This document shows, piece by piece, positions 35,328 through 46,347 of a DNA stretch of 64,000 nt. This stretch comes from a virus. Lineage: Duplodnaviria > Caudoviricetes. The stretch's first letter is position 1. Every line of letters starts with the position of its first letter. Both the position numbers and the translations under genes were made by a program. The stretch lies in the IMG/VR virus record IMGVR_UViG_3300028888_000093, positions 1-64,000 of that record. One strand, given 5' to 3'. Under the pieces are notes generated by a model, which had not been told where the DNA came from, did no database searches, and was given only the letters and a program-made list of their open reading frames with translations.

Positions 35328-38300
35328 AATCAGAACGGATATAAACAACGACAATTATGTTACGGTCAACCTGTCACAGGATTATGATTCTTTTGACATA
35401 CTGTCATTGAAGATAAACAGCCTTGATGCATACAAACACCACAATTCAAAGTATGGTGTTGTTGTCGGAAGGGTTTTGGCTAACGGTGGTTTTGGTGTTC
35501 CAAACGCCAAGATAAGTGTTTTTGTTGAATCAGAAAATCCGAACATGAACGAACTTGACGAGATATACCCGTTTACGTCGACAGTTTCAAGAGATAATGA
35601 CAACATAAGATACAATTTGCTTCCTGACAATAAGGTTTCTGATTGCCATCAGGTTGTAGGTACGTTTCCAAACAAAAGATTCATGTTGGACAACAACATA
35701 TTGGTTGAAATGTATGACAAATATTACAAGTATACAACAAGGACAAATGAGGCTGGAGACTATATGCTCGCGTGTATACCAGTCGGGCAGCAGGTATTGC
35801 ATATGGATTTGGACCTTTCCGATTGTGGTATATTGTCTCAGAGGCCGAGGGATTTCATATACAAAGGATATAATGTTGAGCAGTTTGAGAATCCTAATCA
35901 ATTCAGAAGCGGAACTGAGTTTGAAACATTAAGTCAGATTTTTTCACAGGACCAAGTTGTTTATGTGCAACCATTTTGGGGAAATGAATCCGAGGGTGAC
36001 ACAATAGGTATTACAAGGGCTGACATAAACATCAGTTATAAGTTCGAGCCGACATGCGTTTTCATCGGATGTGTTGTAAGCGACAACTCATCACAGGGAA
36101 TATCAAAAAACTGTGTCCCGACAGAACACATGGGAGATATGGATGAGCTTGTTGCTGGAAAGGGACGGATTGAGATGATTCGGAAGACTTATGGGGGTTC
36201 TGTTGAAGAATTCCAAATAAACGGTACGGAGTTGATAAACGGTGAGGGAATATGGTGCTATCAGATACCGATGAATCTTGATTATATGGTTACGGATGAA
36301 TACGGCAGAATGGTTCCGACAGACAACCCAAGCAAAGGAATACCGACCAGGACCAGAGTGCGCTTCAGAATGTCAATGGAAGATATGGAGGAAAACGTTG
36401 ACAACTTCTTCAGAGCAAAGGTTTTGGTCCCGCACAACCCGCAAAACTTAGGCGGAACAAAACATGAAGATTATGATTATGAATTCGGTACACACACAAA
36501 GGATGAATCATTCAGGGATTTGTTCTGGAATAATGTATATACGGTTAAATCATATATCCCAAGATTTCAAAAGAGAAAAGTGACTGGTTGGAAGGCTCCT
36601 AAATTCACAGGAATAAAACATTGTCAGAATTACGGTTCAAACAATCCGATACCATATAACAATATAAGGATTAAACTTCCGTTCATGTTCAGGATAATGT
36701 GTATCTTGATTAAGGTGTTTATCAAACTTGTGGCCATTTACAACAGGGTTGTTGCTTTGATTGGCAATGTGCTTGTTGGGTTGGCGGAAGCTTTTTCCAA
36801 ACTTGCTTTATATAAACCAGCTGGAAAAGTCATGGAGGTTGCACAAAAACTCCATTTGAACATCATCGAGGATGGTTTGTGTCCAGACCTTGAAAATTGG
36901 TATTTCGCGCCATTGGTCACGAAAAACGGAATCAAATACAAGGGTTTCGCTAGGGTTAAAACAGAAGAAAACAGCACTCCGCACAAAGAGTATTATGACC
37001 TTGTGAGCCAAACGATGGATGTAATAGAAAATGCTGGTGATTATGATGATGAGACATCAATCGACACACAAAATACAGACCCAGATGACAATGATGACGC
37101 TATATGTATAACATTCAAAACAGATTATTTGATTTCATGTGTTGAAATGAATCTTGCTCAAGAGTATAAAGTGATTAATTTTGACTTCTATAATGATTGG
37201 GTTAACGGGATGATTTATTTTCCTAGATGGATGCGATATATAAGGCTTAAGAGACGTTTTCGTGGGAATACAATCATAAAAAGCAAGACAAAGGCTTGCA
37301 TGGACAATACAAAAATCTTTTCAAAAGCAAGAAGATACACACAATTATGTTCTTTGGCCTATGAAAAGGACACATCAAGCAATAAAGTGACATATTCGAA
37401 GGTAACAACCAAACTCAACAATAAAACCGACATAAGAAAATCAAACAACTATCACAAAAAACGCGGATTTTCCCAAGTGAAGATTTTTGGTAAAAATGGA
37501 GGAATATGTCATGAAAAGGAAACAATGGCTGGACAGCATGTGTATTATTTGAAGCCGTGTGAATGGCTCAGAAACACAACACCAGCGAACAAAAAGGTGA
37601 ATCTGTTCGCCACGGACCTTGTTTTATTAGGCTCACTTAACGAATGTGATATGTACGGCGTCCCTCAAGCATTCAGATATTTGTCAAGCACCTCATATAT
37701 AATGCCGACAAACCTTGCATTGACCAATATGGAAACTGATGGTGTTTTGTATTCATATGGAGACAACAAGACAATATGTTCAAAAACAAACCAGTCAAGC
37801 CTCAATGGGGATGACCCGAATCTGGACAAACCAGTCGGTCTTGCAGATAACACACTTGTTGGCGAATTGAATTATTTCAGTGGTGCTGGTGAAAATTATG
37901 ACACACAATATGAGGATGATGAATCAGACACAATACCGATGACAGAAGCGGCTGGCATTTCATGGAATTACACTGGACCAGGCCAGAACGAGATAAACGA
38001 ATATCAAATGTATTATCCAGGAGGTCATTTTTTAGGTCTTTCATGTTCTAATTCCCAAACAAACATAAAATCATGCATAAACCTTGAACGTATATGTGAG
38101 CAAGGTGTTGTTATGTCACAGAGGAAGGTTGATGTTCGCGCCGTATCTACAGGTGGAACAAGTGAGCTAAAATACGTTTACACGGCTCCGTCTGGATTTA
38201 TAGCCAAAGATGAGATTGTTGACGATTACTTCCGTTCAATGTTTGCGACTATGAACAAGAACAGGTTGATTGCGACAAAGATGAATCGTGAAACTGGATA

Positions 38301-41163
38301 TTTTACTTATGATTTTGATTACGTTAACCCTATGAACTTTAGTGGTGAATTTTCAAATTTCGCACGTCCACAAACGGCTTACAACAGTGGTGTTTCAATA
38401 GTTGATGAAAGTTCGGTTCTTAGTTCATACGGAATTGCAAGTGGAACTAGCAGACCAGATTTTGACGCCGATGAATCAACCCATACACAAGTAAGGACAA
38501 TTGAAGACAAGAGTGTTGATTACTATATGTTCAGGCTTGGTTTGGATTACGAAGACCTTAAATCAAACAACCAAAAGCACAAGAGGCAGTTTGCTGCGGA
38601 AAACAAGAATAAAATGTATTTGCCACAATATGAAAACAGTTATTATTTCTATTTCGGTTTGCACGCTGGCTCAACTGCAATTGATGAATTCAACAAGCAA
38701 TTTTTCTCACAATGTGAAAACAGTGTGTTAATTGAAAGAGAGCCTAATATAAATCTTGTTATAGGTGATTTCAAACTTTGTTCTGGGACATCAACAGTGA
38801 GTATAGTTGTTGAAAACATGGAGGAACCGTTTGAATTTATTGTGTATGATGACAACGGAAACGTTTTTGAAAGTGAAAACGGGGACAACATAAACGCTGT
38901 TTTTGAATTGCCAAGCGGTGAATATCAAATTCTTGTAAGAGACACAAACGGTGTTGAAATGATACGAAATATTGTTATTGGCGACCAGATATTGCAAGGA
39001 AGTTTTGTGCTGATGGATTTTAATAACAACATAACAAACGATTTTGGTGGCTCAATACAGAGAACACAGACCAATAAGAATATTTTTTATGGTGGAGGTA
39101 TTGCTTGTAATAATGTCTTCATAGATGATTCTATTGAAACCTACACGCTTTTGGCTGTAAAAGACGGATTAAACCCGATAACCGATTTTGAAGTTAGTGA
39201 GGTGTTGACCGCAACAGGTGAATCTGAAGAAACTCAAATTATATATTTGTCATCAGCAAACACTGAATATGATTTTTATGTTAAATACCAAGTTGAAGGG
39301 TGTAGTGAACAATATTTGTTCGTTGTTGAAGGCAAACTTATGGATACATCGGTTGTGAACCTTCAGTATGGTGCTGTTGAAAAATCAAATGTTGTGACAG
39401 ATACAATGTATACGAAAGATTGGTGGGTTGGAAGGTATACAGAGCCAGTTGACATTACAATCATGGAATCAAAGCAAAGATGGAATGCGCGAAAGGCTAT
39501 GGAGAACACAACATGTAACAGTGCTACAACCGATTCATGCGGTGTATCAACAAACGGCGACAAGTTTGTGTTTGGTTCACCTCAAAATTTTGATAGTGTA
39601 TTATATAATAATAAATATTATGTTGACGGATACAACACACCAGCTGGTATGAGTGTTGATGATGACTACTCGTATTATCCAACATATGGAATACCTCAAT
39701 ACAATAATGTGAAACAGTTTAATTGTGTGTCTTACATGGGTAGTGTCGTTTTTGGTTCGTTTGCTGCAATAGTAAGTGGACAGTCTGGTGAAACGAAACA
39801 ATTGGTTTTGCAACCGCAGATATCAAACAGATTAAGACATGGAGACGGTTGTGTTTTAAAATCTCTTCCAGATGGTGTCCTTTATCCAGCAATTGCATTT
39901 AATCAAAACAACAATTGGACAATACAATATATTGACGCAACACAATCACAAAACATCGGGTGGAATGATGTGGAATATGGAATAGTGTATCCTACAATAT
40001 GTTATCCATCGTTAAACAAGGTTTTCAGAACAGATGTTTGTTACACCATAATCAACAGGATTATGTTTAACAACACAAAAGAGAGTTATGAACCGTTCAA
40101 TTATTTAACAAAGTGCGACGGTAGTATATTCAATGGTGTAACATATAACAGGAAGTATAGCGGAAAATCACACATAGATTTGTATGAAAACACAAACGAC
40201 TTGGAGGATTCAACAGACATAACGATTCCAGCTTTGTCTGATTTTGCTGGTGTTTATTCGGCGACATCAATACCGTTGGTTACATATGTTTCTGGATTCA
40301 CAGCATATGCTTATGATGAAAACATGGAATTAAATGAGGTTGGTACAAATTACAGTTATTCTATAACAGAGGGTTATCCGTTGTATAAACACACAGCAAA
40401 CCAAGAAACAGCATACTCGGCAATCAAGACAGACAATTACAGCACACAATACGAAAAATCATATTTGTATGAAGGTGTTGTTGACACTCTCGGATTGGAC
40501 ATGAATGCCAGTTTCTATGATAACATATGTTATAACAGTGGGTCCACTATTACATTTGGTGGTTTGGGTGTTTCCGATTCAGATGTAAAATATTATTGTT
40601 TGTCAAAGGACCAGACAAACCTTTTTAATGAGTATTCAACTGTTTTATTCTATAAAAGCGACAATTCACGAAGACCAGACACTATAGTGGTTCCTGTTAT
40701 TTACAATGTTGCTGGAACGGAATTCAATGCTGGTGACATCGGTGTAATAACCTTCAAAAAGGCAACTGGACATTATTCGGCTGAATATTTTAACTCCGAC
40801 GGGAATTTGGAGCCAATTGATAACATACCAGGAGACGCTGACAAAGGAAGAATTGACTATATGGACATTGTAAACATGGCAACTTGGGTCATCGAAAACA
40901 CAAACCCATCAAACCTGTTTAAAGCGGCTAAAATGTACAGACTTTTTACAAATTCAAATGTTGATTACCGCACAAACATACTTGATTTGTGCAATTCAGG
41001 AAACAGGATTGTTAACGGACATGTCACAAACTTGCCAAGCGGTGAGTTTTTCATTGTCGGAATAAAGAGTTTTTCGAATGATGACGGGCGTGCAACTGGC
41101 AGAATCGGTATTGTTTATGTGACACCAGTTGATGTTAATAATATTGATAATGTGTTAAATTAA
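35302..41163 (+). CDS. Large baseplate/tail structural protein (1953 aa)
   Basis: In the baseplate operon. N-terminal GVVVGRV..GFGVPNAKISVF..TTRTNEAGDY (transthyretin-like fold); beta-rich C-terminus. Confidence 0.7.
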   Translation: MLENNKSYRIRTDINNDNYVTVNLSQDYDSFDILSLKINSLDAYKHHNSKYGVVVGRVLANGGFGVPNAKISVFVESENPNMNELDEIYPFTSTVSRDNDNIRYNLLPDNKVSDCHQVVGTFPNKRFMLDNNILVEMYDKYYKYTTRTNEAGDYMLACIPVGQQVLHMDLDLSDCGILSQRPRDFIYKGYNVEQFENPNQFRSGTEFETLSQIFSQDQVVYVQPFWGNESEGDTIGITRADINISYKFEPTCVFIGCVVSDNSSQGISKNCVPTEHMGDMDELVAGKGRIEMIRKTYGGSVEEFQINGTELINGEGIWCYQIPMNLDYMVTDEYGRMVPTDNPSKGIPTRTRVRFRMSMEDMEENVDNFFRAKVLVPHNPQNLGGTKHEDYDYEFGTHTKDESFRDLFWNNVYTVKSYIPRFQKRKVTGWKAPKFTGIKHCQNYGSNNPIPYNNIRIKLPFMFRIMCILIKVFIKLVAIYNRVVALIGNVLVGLAEAFSKLALYKPAGKVMEVAQKLHLNIIEDGLCPDLENWYFAPLVTKNGIKYKGFARVKTEENSTPHKEYYDLVSQTMDVIENAGDYDDETSIDTQNTDPDDNDDAICITFKTDYLISCVEMNLAQEYKVINFDFYNDWVNGMIYFPRWMRYIRLKRRFRGNTIIKSKTKACMDNTKIFSKARRYTQLCSLAYEKDTSSNKVTYSKVTTKLNNKTDIRKSNNYHKKRGFSQVKIFGKNGGICHEKETMAGQHVYYLKPCEWLRNTTPANKKVNLFATDLVLLGSLNECDMYGVPQAFRYLSSTSYIMPTNLALTNMETDGVLYSYGDNKTICSKTNQSSLNGDDPNLDKPVGLADNTLVGELNYFSGAGENYDTQYEDDESDTIPMTEAAGISWNYTGPGQNEINEYQMYYPGGHFLGLSCSNSQTNIKSCINLERICEQGVVMSQRKVDVRAVSTGGTSELKYVYTAPSGFIAKDEIVDDYFRSMFATMNKNRLIATKMNRETGYFTYDFDYVNPMNFSGEFSNFARPQTAYNSGVSIVDESSVLSSYGIASGTSRPDFDADESTHTQVRTIEDKSVDYYMFRLGLDYEDLKSNNQKHKRQFAAENKNKMYLPQYENSYYFYFGLHAGSTAIDEFNKQFFSQCENSVLIEREPNINLVIGDFKLCSGTSTVSIVVENMEEPFEFIVYDDNGNVFESENGDNINAVFELPSGEYQILVRDTNGVEMIRNIVIGDQILQGSFVLMDFNNNITNDFGGSIQRTQTNKNIFYGGGIACNNVFIDDSIETYTLLAVKDGLNPITDFEVSEVLTATGESEETQIIYLSSANTEYDFYVKYQVEGCSEQYLFVVEGKLMDTSVVNLQYGAVEKSNVVTDTMYTKDWWVGRYTEPVDITIMESKQRWNARKAMENTTCNSATTDSCGVSTNGDKFVFGSPQNFDSVLYNNKYYVDGYNTPAGMSVDDDYSYYPTYGIPQYNNVKQFNCVSYMGSVVFGSFAAIVSGQSGETKQLVLQPQISNRLRHGDGCVLKSLPDGVLYPAIAFNQNNNWTIQYIDATQSQNIGWNDVEYGIVYPTICYPSLNKVFRTDVCYTIINRIMFNNTKESYEPFNYLTKCDGSIFNGVTYNRKYSGKSHIDLYENTNDLEDSTDITIPALSDFAGVYSATSIPLVTYVSGFTAYAYDENMELNEVGTNYSYSITEGYPLYKHTANQETAYSAIKTDNYSTQYEKSYLYEGVVDTLGLDMNASFYDNICYNSGSTITFGGLGVSDSDVKYYCLSKDQTNLFNEYSTVLFYKSDNSRRPDTIVVPVIYNVAGTEFNAGDIGVITFKKATGHYSAEYFNSDGNLEPIDNIPGDADKGRIDYMDIVNMATWVIENTNPSNLFKAAKMYRLFTNSNVDYRTNILDLCNSGNRIVNGHVTNLPSGEFFIVGIKSFSNDDGRATGRIGIVYVTPVDVNNIDNVLN

Positions 41164-41177
41164 AATAAAAATAAACC

Positions 41178-43970
41178 ATGGAAATTCAAATACCATTAAA
41201 TTCATTCAAGGGCAAGGCTTCGGTCAATGTTGAAAATTCATTTTCTTTCGACTTGCGAAACAAGGAGCGACAGTTAAAGCCTGACAACATGATATCGGAT
41301 TTTTCGTTGCTTGAGCAATATAATATTGAAAGGGACGCATGTGACAAATTCAGATACATATTGACACTCAATCCGATATGCACAAACGTGCTTTTTAACA
41401 CGCAAACCGAGGTGGTTCAATTCGAGGGTTCGAATAGTGCGATGGTTTTGACGAATACAGACTCAATACATAAGGAGGATATAAAGCGTGCCGACACATT
41501 TGAATATGACAATGCAATACAAAACACGAGCATAATAGACAGATACCAGGCTATAAACGACACCGAATATTCTCACGACGCAAACGGAGGTTTTGAATAT
41601 CATTGCGGAGTCGACATATTCAATAATCACATGTTAAGGAAAAACGGTTTCATACATATAAACAAAATGCATGGTACTGATTCGCTTTCATCTCCTGTAT
41701 ACAACACAATAGCGGACTATTTGAGAGATGGTGAGGGAAACATTGTTTATTCAAAAATTTCTCCAGTATACAACAGGAACCAAAACACAAGATTGCACTT
41801 GTATACACTTGATAATTGCAAGTCACTTAAAGATGCTTATCTTCAAAACATAGAGGAGGATAACGGGTGGGTTGGTTTTAAAAACGTGACAAACATAGAC
41901 GTTGAAAACAATTCTGGTGACACGGTTATGATTAACAGTATTTTTGCAAACAAGAAACCGTGCGAGTTTGTTGATTTATATCCAGACAGGACATTGTTCT
42001 CGTTCATTCCAAAATACAACAAATACAGGAAAAGAGCAGAAAACAATTGGGAATATTGTATAACATATCCGTATGCGATTGATTATGATATGTTTAACAT
42101 TGTGTTTGGTGGTGAAAACCAAACATTAAAAGCTATAGCGGAAAGCGGGATGAATATATCAGCGACAAATGTATTGTTCTGTCGTTCAATGGTCAGACAC
42201 AATCTGTCGAAGGGTGACAGGGTTTCCGTTTATTATTATAATTCAGATGGCGAAACCAGTGTGTTCGAAAAATACAAGACATCAGTAGAGGTTTTCGGTA
42301 TTGGTGATGTTGATGGAAGCGAGTCGGATTTTGTGTTTTCAGTCAAATGTTCAGATGTTGATTCAATACTGGACTATCTTTTAAATGGCGGTTTTTTCTT
42401 CAAAAAACTTGTGAACGGTATAGAATGTGATTATTATTTCAGAAAATACAAAAAAATCAAGAAGTTTGATGAAAATGGTGAAAGAACCAGGGAACTTGAC
42501 AGCGATTTGAATAAATGTGGCTTTTCAGAGAACATTTATGGTGACGGAATAGCCCAAATCATATTTACAGATGACATAGATTTGAATGGTTTGGTTGACC
42601 ATCGCGGTAGAAAAGTGACTGAGACATATTTCACTGTAATAAAAAACAACAAGGGAAACAATTTGTGGTATAAAAACCATTTTTTCGGTTCTGAAAATGT
42701 TGAATACTCACATTGTTTCGGGCCAATTACATCTGGTTTGTATTTCGGCGACAACGCAAATGCCGAATTTGATTACAATATAAGATATTTGCATAATGTT
42801 GAAATTGACACGGAAATAGCTGACAGACCAGTTGATGATGACTCTATTAGACCATACCAGGGCGACATTGTTTATGGTAAGGGAGATTTGACGCTTGGAG
42901 ACGGGGTGGTTTTGGATTTCATCCCATACAGTGCGTTAGGAGAAACAATATTGCGTGGCGTGCCGAAAAAAATAGAGGACAACATCACAATAGACAACGA
43001 TGAATTCTATGGCGATGTTGTTGAATTTGATTATTACAATTATGCGGAAACACAATTAAGCCCAGTACTACATCGTTTCAACACAGTTCAGCGGGAATGG
43101 ATTGCAAACAAAAACTATGCGTCATTGAGATATGACAAATTGATATATGATGATTTTGACCTGAAAGAAAACGGTGATTCAAGACAATTTACCATTCAGG
43201 CAAGCGATATGTCCGTTGTTAAGTACAACAACAAAAATTACAGGTTGTATTCGAATGTAAGACCAGAGGGGTATTTTTACAATCCACACACGTTGATTAG
43301 TGTGGGGGAGGAATCCGAAATGACAACAAGGGTTAAGGGAAAAAGAATAAACTTCTCCAGCTCCAGTGGTTATTATGATATGGATACGGATAAGACAACA
43401 GTTTCATTTGTTGCACCGATAAACTACGGTTTTTATAAGCACACAAACATAGCATTGTATGATGCTGGAGGCAGATACAACGGGAAATTGCAGCATGTCA
43501 GAACAATTTGGGGTGAAGTTGTTGATATTAAAGACAATAAACTTACGATTGTCTTTGATGGAGATGTCTTTAACGTCATGACACAAATAACAGACATTAA
43601 TGAAGTCCTGAACCCGAATGGCGAATACAAGGAACGGTATACTTTTTATTGGTCTAAAGACGGTGTTCCGACATATGCTAATTTTGTCCCTCAAATATCT
43701 TCGTTTGTGTGGAAGTCGGTTGTTCCGCCATCCAAGATGTCGAATGACATGGAACTTTTCGACACACCTTTTGCAAACGGAAGATTCTATATTGAAAAGG
43801 ATATAAGGTTTTATAACAGGAGACAGGATGCGGACGGAAGATTTGGTTTGTTGTTCGCAAAAAATCCGATTTTAACCCCACCGACAGACTTTTTCAGCAT
43901 AGAGGGTGACACATTCAATACGGACCAAGCGTTTGATTTTTACAATAACATAAACAATGTTTGCTATTAA
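41178..43970 (+). CDS. Putative baseplate/tail structural protein (930 aa)
   Basis: Operon context; no specific family recognised. Confidence 0.6.
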   Translation: MEIQIPLNSFKGKASVNVENSFSFDLRNKERQLKPDNMISDFSLLEQYNIERDACDKFRYILTLNPICTNVLFNTQTEVVQFEGSNSAMVLTNTDSIHKEDIKRADTFEYDNAIQNTSIIDRYQAINDTEYSHDANGGFEYHCGVDIFNNHMLRKNGFIHINKMHGTDSLSSPVYNTIADYLRDGEGNIVYSKISPVYNRNQNTRLHLYTLDNCKSLKDAYLQNIEEDNGWVGFKNVTNIDVENNSGDTVMINSIFANKKPCEFVDLYPDRTLFSFIPKYNKYRKRAENNWEYCITYPYAIDYDMFNIVFGGENQTLKAIAESGMNISATNVLFCRSMVRHNLSKGDRVSVYYYNSDGETSVFEKYKTSVEVFGIGDVDGSESDFVFSVKCSDVDSILDYLLNGGFFFKKLVNGIECDYYFRKYKKIKKFDENGERTRELDSDLNKCGFSENIYGDGIAQIIFTDDIDLNGLVDHRGRKVTETYFTVIKNNKGNNLWYKNHFFGSENVEYSHCFGPITSGLYFGDNANAEFDYNIRYLHNVEIDTEIADRPVDDDSIRPYQGDIVYGKGDLTLGDGVVLDFIPYSALGETILRGVPKKIEDNITIDNDEFYGDVVEFDYYNYAETQLSPVLHRFNTVQREWIANKNYASLRYDKLIYDDFDLKENGDSRQFTIQASDMSVVKYNNKNYRLYSNVRPEGYFYNPHTLISVGEESEMTTRVKGKRINFSSSSGYYDMDTDKTTVSFVAPINYGFYKHTNIALYDAGGRYNGKLQHVRTIWGEVVDIKDNKLTIVFDGDVFNVMTQITDINEVLNPNGEYKERYTFYWSKDGVPTYANFVPQISSFVWKSVVPPSKMSNDMELFDTPFANGRFYIEKDIRFYNRRQDADGRFGLLFAKNPILTPPTDFFSIEGDTFNTDQAFDFYNNINNVCY

Positions 43971-46345
43971 TGGAAAAAATTAAAATTAATTTAAGAAGTG
44001 GGGTTGACAGTACAAGGGAGTTGAGCGTAAGGAGGTTTTTTGTAAAAAATGAAAGCCTTGTGTTTGTTTTAAACGACAGAATAAACCACGAGCTCTCAAT
44101 TGGACAGACCTTCAAATTCAAACGGCAAATGTATCGGGAAAACGGTGAATATTTGTTTTTGGACAACACTGTTGAAATTATCGGTTTGTCAACATATTTA
44201 GATGATGATGGAAATGAATATGATTTGGTTGAAACAAGCAACGTGCCAAACAAACGTTTGACAATAGACAGAAGAAGTATTAGCTATTTCACTTATTACG
44301 ATTTTTCTGGTGGAACGTATTTCTCGTCATCAACACCGACCGTTTCAATATTGGATTATGTTGTGGTGGACGAATCCGAATTGGATTATTACATGTCGGA
44401 AGCGGAATCTTTGCCTGAAGAAGAATATGAGTCATACGCTTTTAAATATTTGTCAACAACTGGTGTTTCCGAAAACGGAGTCGAGCATATTGACAAAACA
44501 TACCATTATGTGAATGTTATACCAGAAGAAAGCGGATATTTTGATTCTCCATATTTTAGTGGAATGACAGATGGGGAAACTGTTGATGAGTTCGTACAAT
44601 CACACCCTGAAGAGTTTCCGTATTTCAGTGCAATGACACAGGGAGAGACAATTGAAGAATTCATGGAGAGGATGCCAGAGTTGTTTGAATTTGACGAACA
44701 TATTGAAAGGTATATCGTGACATTCAATGAATCGCACAATATCTTTTACCAGGATATAAGACTGACAAAAGAGACACCATATGTCACTGAATACGACATA
44801 GCTGTTTTTGATATCTATGGAAATGTTATTGGATATTTGAAGTCGTTGTCTCCAATACACAGGATTGACTCAATTGAATTGGATGATGATGATTTTTACA
44901 ACACAACAATAGAGGAAACTTGTGGGATGTATGATGAGGCTGGATATCCATATGATGTTTCGTTTCATAACTATTTTTTCATACCGAACAATTTAAGTGA
45001 TAATAAAATAGCTATCACTGGCGCTGAAACAAATAGGGTGGCAAGAACGCTTACGGATACGGACAGAACTTACAGAAACAGACAGATTGAGTATTTGCTT
45101 GAGAACGGTTTTTATTTCGAGCCTAGATATAATCCGTTTTTTTACAAATATTATGACGGAAATGATAATTGCGGTGTTTTTTGGGGTGATGTTCTTTGGG
45201 ATTTTTACAACCATGCAAACAACGATACACCAAGAAAAGATGTTTGGGTTAATTGCGGTATGACAAAATCAGTATTGACAATTGATGAATCTTATTACAG
45301 GGTACCGATAAATGCTTTGGTTGATGTTTCGAATTCGTTAGGTGTTGACGATGATTTGAGCAGATTTGCAAACAATGAAATAAACACTTTGATACCGCAA
45401 ACCATAGACTATGAGCGAGTGAAGTATATTCCAATCGACGGACATAATTCTGGTGAATTAAAAACACAAATATACTTCATAAATAAAATAACGCTTGATT
45501 TGCATTTCAGAAAGAGAAAGGAAACACCCAACTCAACTGAAGAATGGCCAAAATACGAAAACGGCTGGTATATTGACCCAGATTCCGCCTCGACAACATG
45601 GTGGAATGAAATGAATTACAACGGTGCTGAATTCAATGCTAATGCCATGAATGTTTTTATGGATGAGCAGGATGGGAAATCTGATTTGCTTGGTTATCTT
45701 GGGTTTGATGACGATGACGTGTATAATCAAAAAAGGAAAATACGTGACACATTTGTTCGTTTGTCGTTTTACACATCAAAAGACCCTATAGAACAGAAGC
45801 TTTTGTACTATTCAACAGTTTTCTTTGATAGTGGTAGTTTGTTTGGAAAATACATGAAACAAAAAATACACAATTACGAAACGCATACAAAGCCGTCTGG
45901 CCCGCTAGTCTTCCATTGTGGTGACAACAGGTTGGACAGCAAAATAACAATAACAAACGAATATGACAAAACAACGTCAGCCGAAGGTTTTAACCTTTAC
46001 TTGTTCAGGGATGATGTACAGGAAACAGGGTTTAGAACTATTTATATGAAAGTTGAGTTTAATCACGCTGGTTATGGCAAGACCATACCAATGGTTTTGT
46101 GGCCAGTTGACGAGGATGATAATTTCATACCGTTAACATTGGACAACTACCTTGACAGTCTTTACATTCCAGTTATTTTGCAATACATTAATGGTAAGTA
46201 TACTTATTTGATTGATGGGGCCAAGATAAACGGTGATGAAATAAAACTTGTGCTTTTTGAACCTAAATTGGAATTGGATATTGTTGACACTGAAGCGAAT
46301 AATAATGGAATTGATGACCACACGGAACCAAACGACCACTTTTAA
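43970..46345 (+). CDS. Putative baseplate/tail structural protein
   Basis: TAATG coupling; acidic; contains an internal 23-aa repeat. Confidence 0.6.
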   Translation: MEKIKINLRSGVDSTRELSVRRFFVKNESLVFVLNDRINHELSIGQTFKFKRQMYRENGEYLFLDNTVEIIGLSTYLDDDGNEYDLVETSNVPNKRLTIDRRSISYFTYYDFSGGTYFSSSTPTVSILDYVVVDESELDYYMSEAESLPEEEYESYAFKYLSTTGVSENGVEHIDKTYHYVNVIPEESGYFDSPYFSGMTDGETVDEFVQSHPEEFPYFSAMTQGETIEEFMERMPELFEFDEHIERYIVTFNESHNIFYQDIRLTKETPYVTEYDIAVFDIYGNVIGYLKSLSPIHRIDSIELDDDDFYNTTIEETCGMYDEAGYPYDVSFHNYFFIPNNLSDNKIAITGAETNRVARTLTDTDRTYRNRQIEYLLENGFYFEPRYNPFFYKYYDGNDNCGVFWGDVLWDFYNHANNDTPRKDVWVNCGMTKSVLTIDESYYRVPINALVDVSNSLGVDDDLSRFANNEINTLIPQTIDYERVKYIPIDGHNSGELKTQIYFINKITLDLHFRKRKETPNSTEEWPKYENGWYIDPDSASTTWWNEMNYNGAEFNANAMNVFMDEQDGKSDLLGYLGFDDDDVYNQKRKIRDTFVRLSFYTSKDPIEQKLLYYSTVFFDSGSLFGKYMKQKIHNYETHTKPSGPLVFHCGDNRLDSKITITNEYDKTTSAEGFNLYLFRDDVQETGFRTIYMKVEFNHAGYGKTIPMVLWPVDEDDNFIPLTLDNYLDSLYIPVILQYINGKYTYLIDGAKINGDEIKLVLFEPKLELDIVDTEANNNGIDDHTEPNDHF
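44549..44686 (+). repeat. Intragenic 69-nt (23-aa) tandem duplication
   Basis: PYFSGMTDGETVDEFVQSHPEEF / PYFSAMTQGETIEEFMERMPELF. Confidence 0.85.
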
Positions 46346-46347
46346 AT

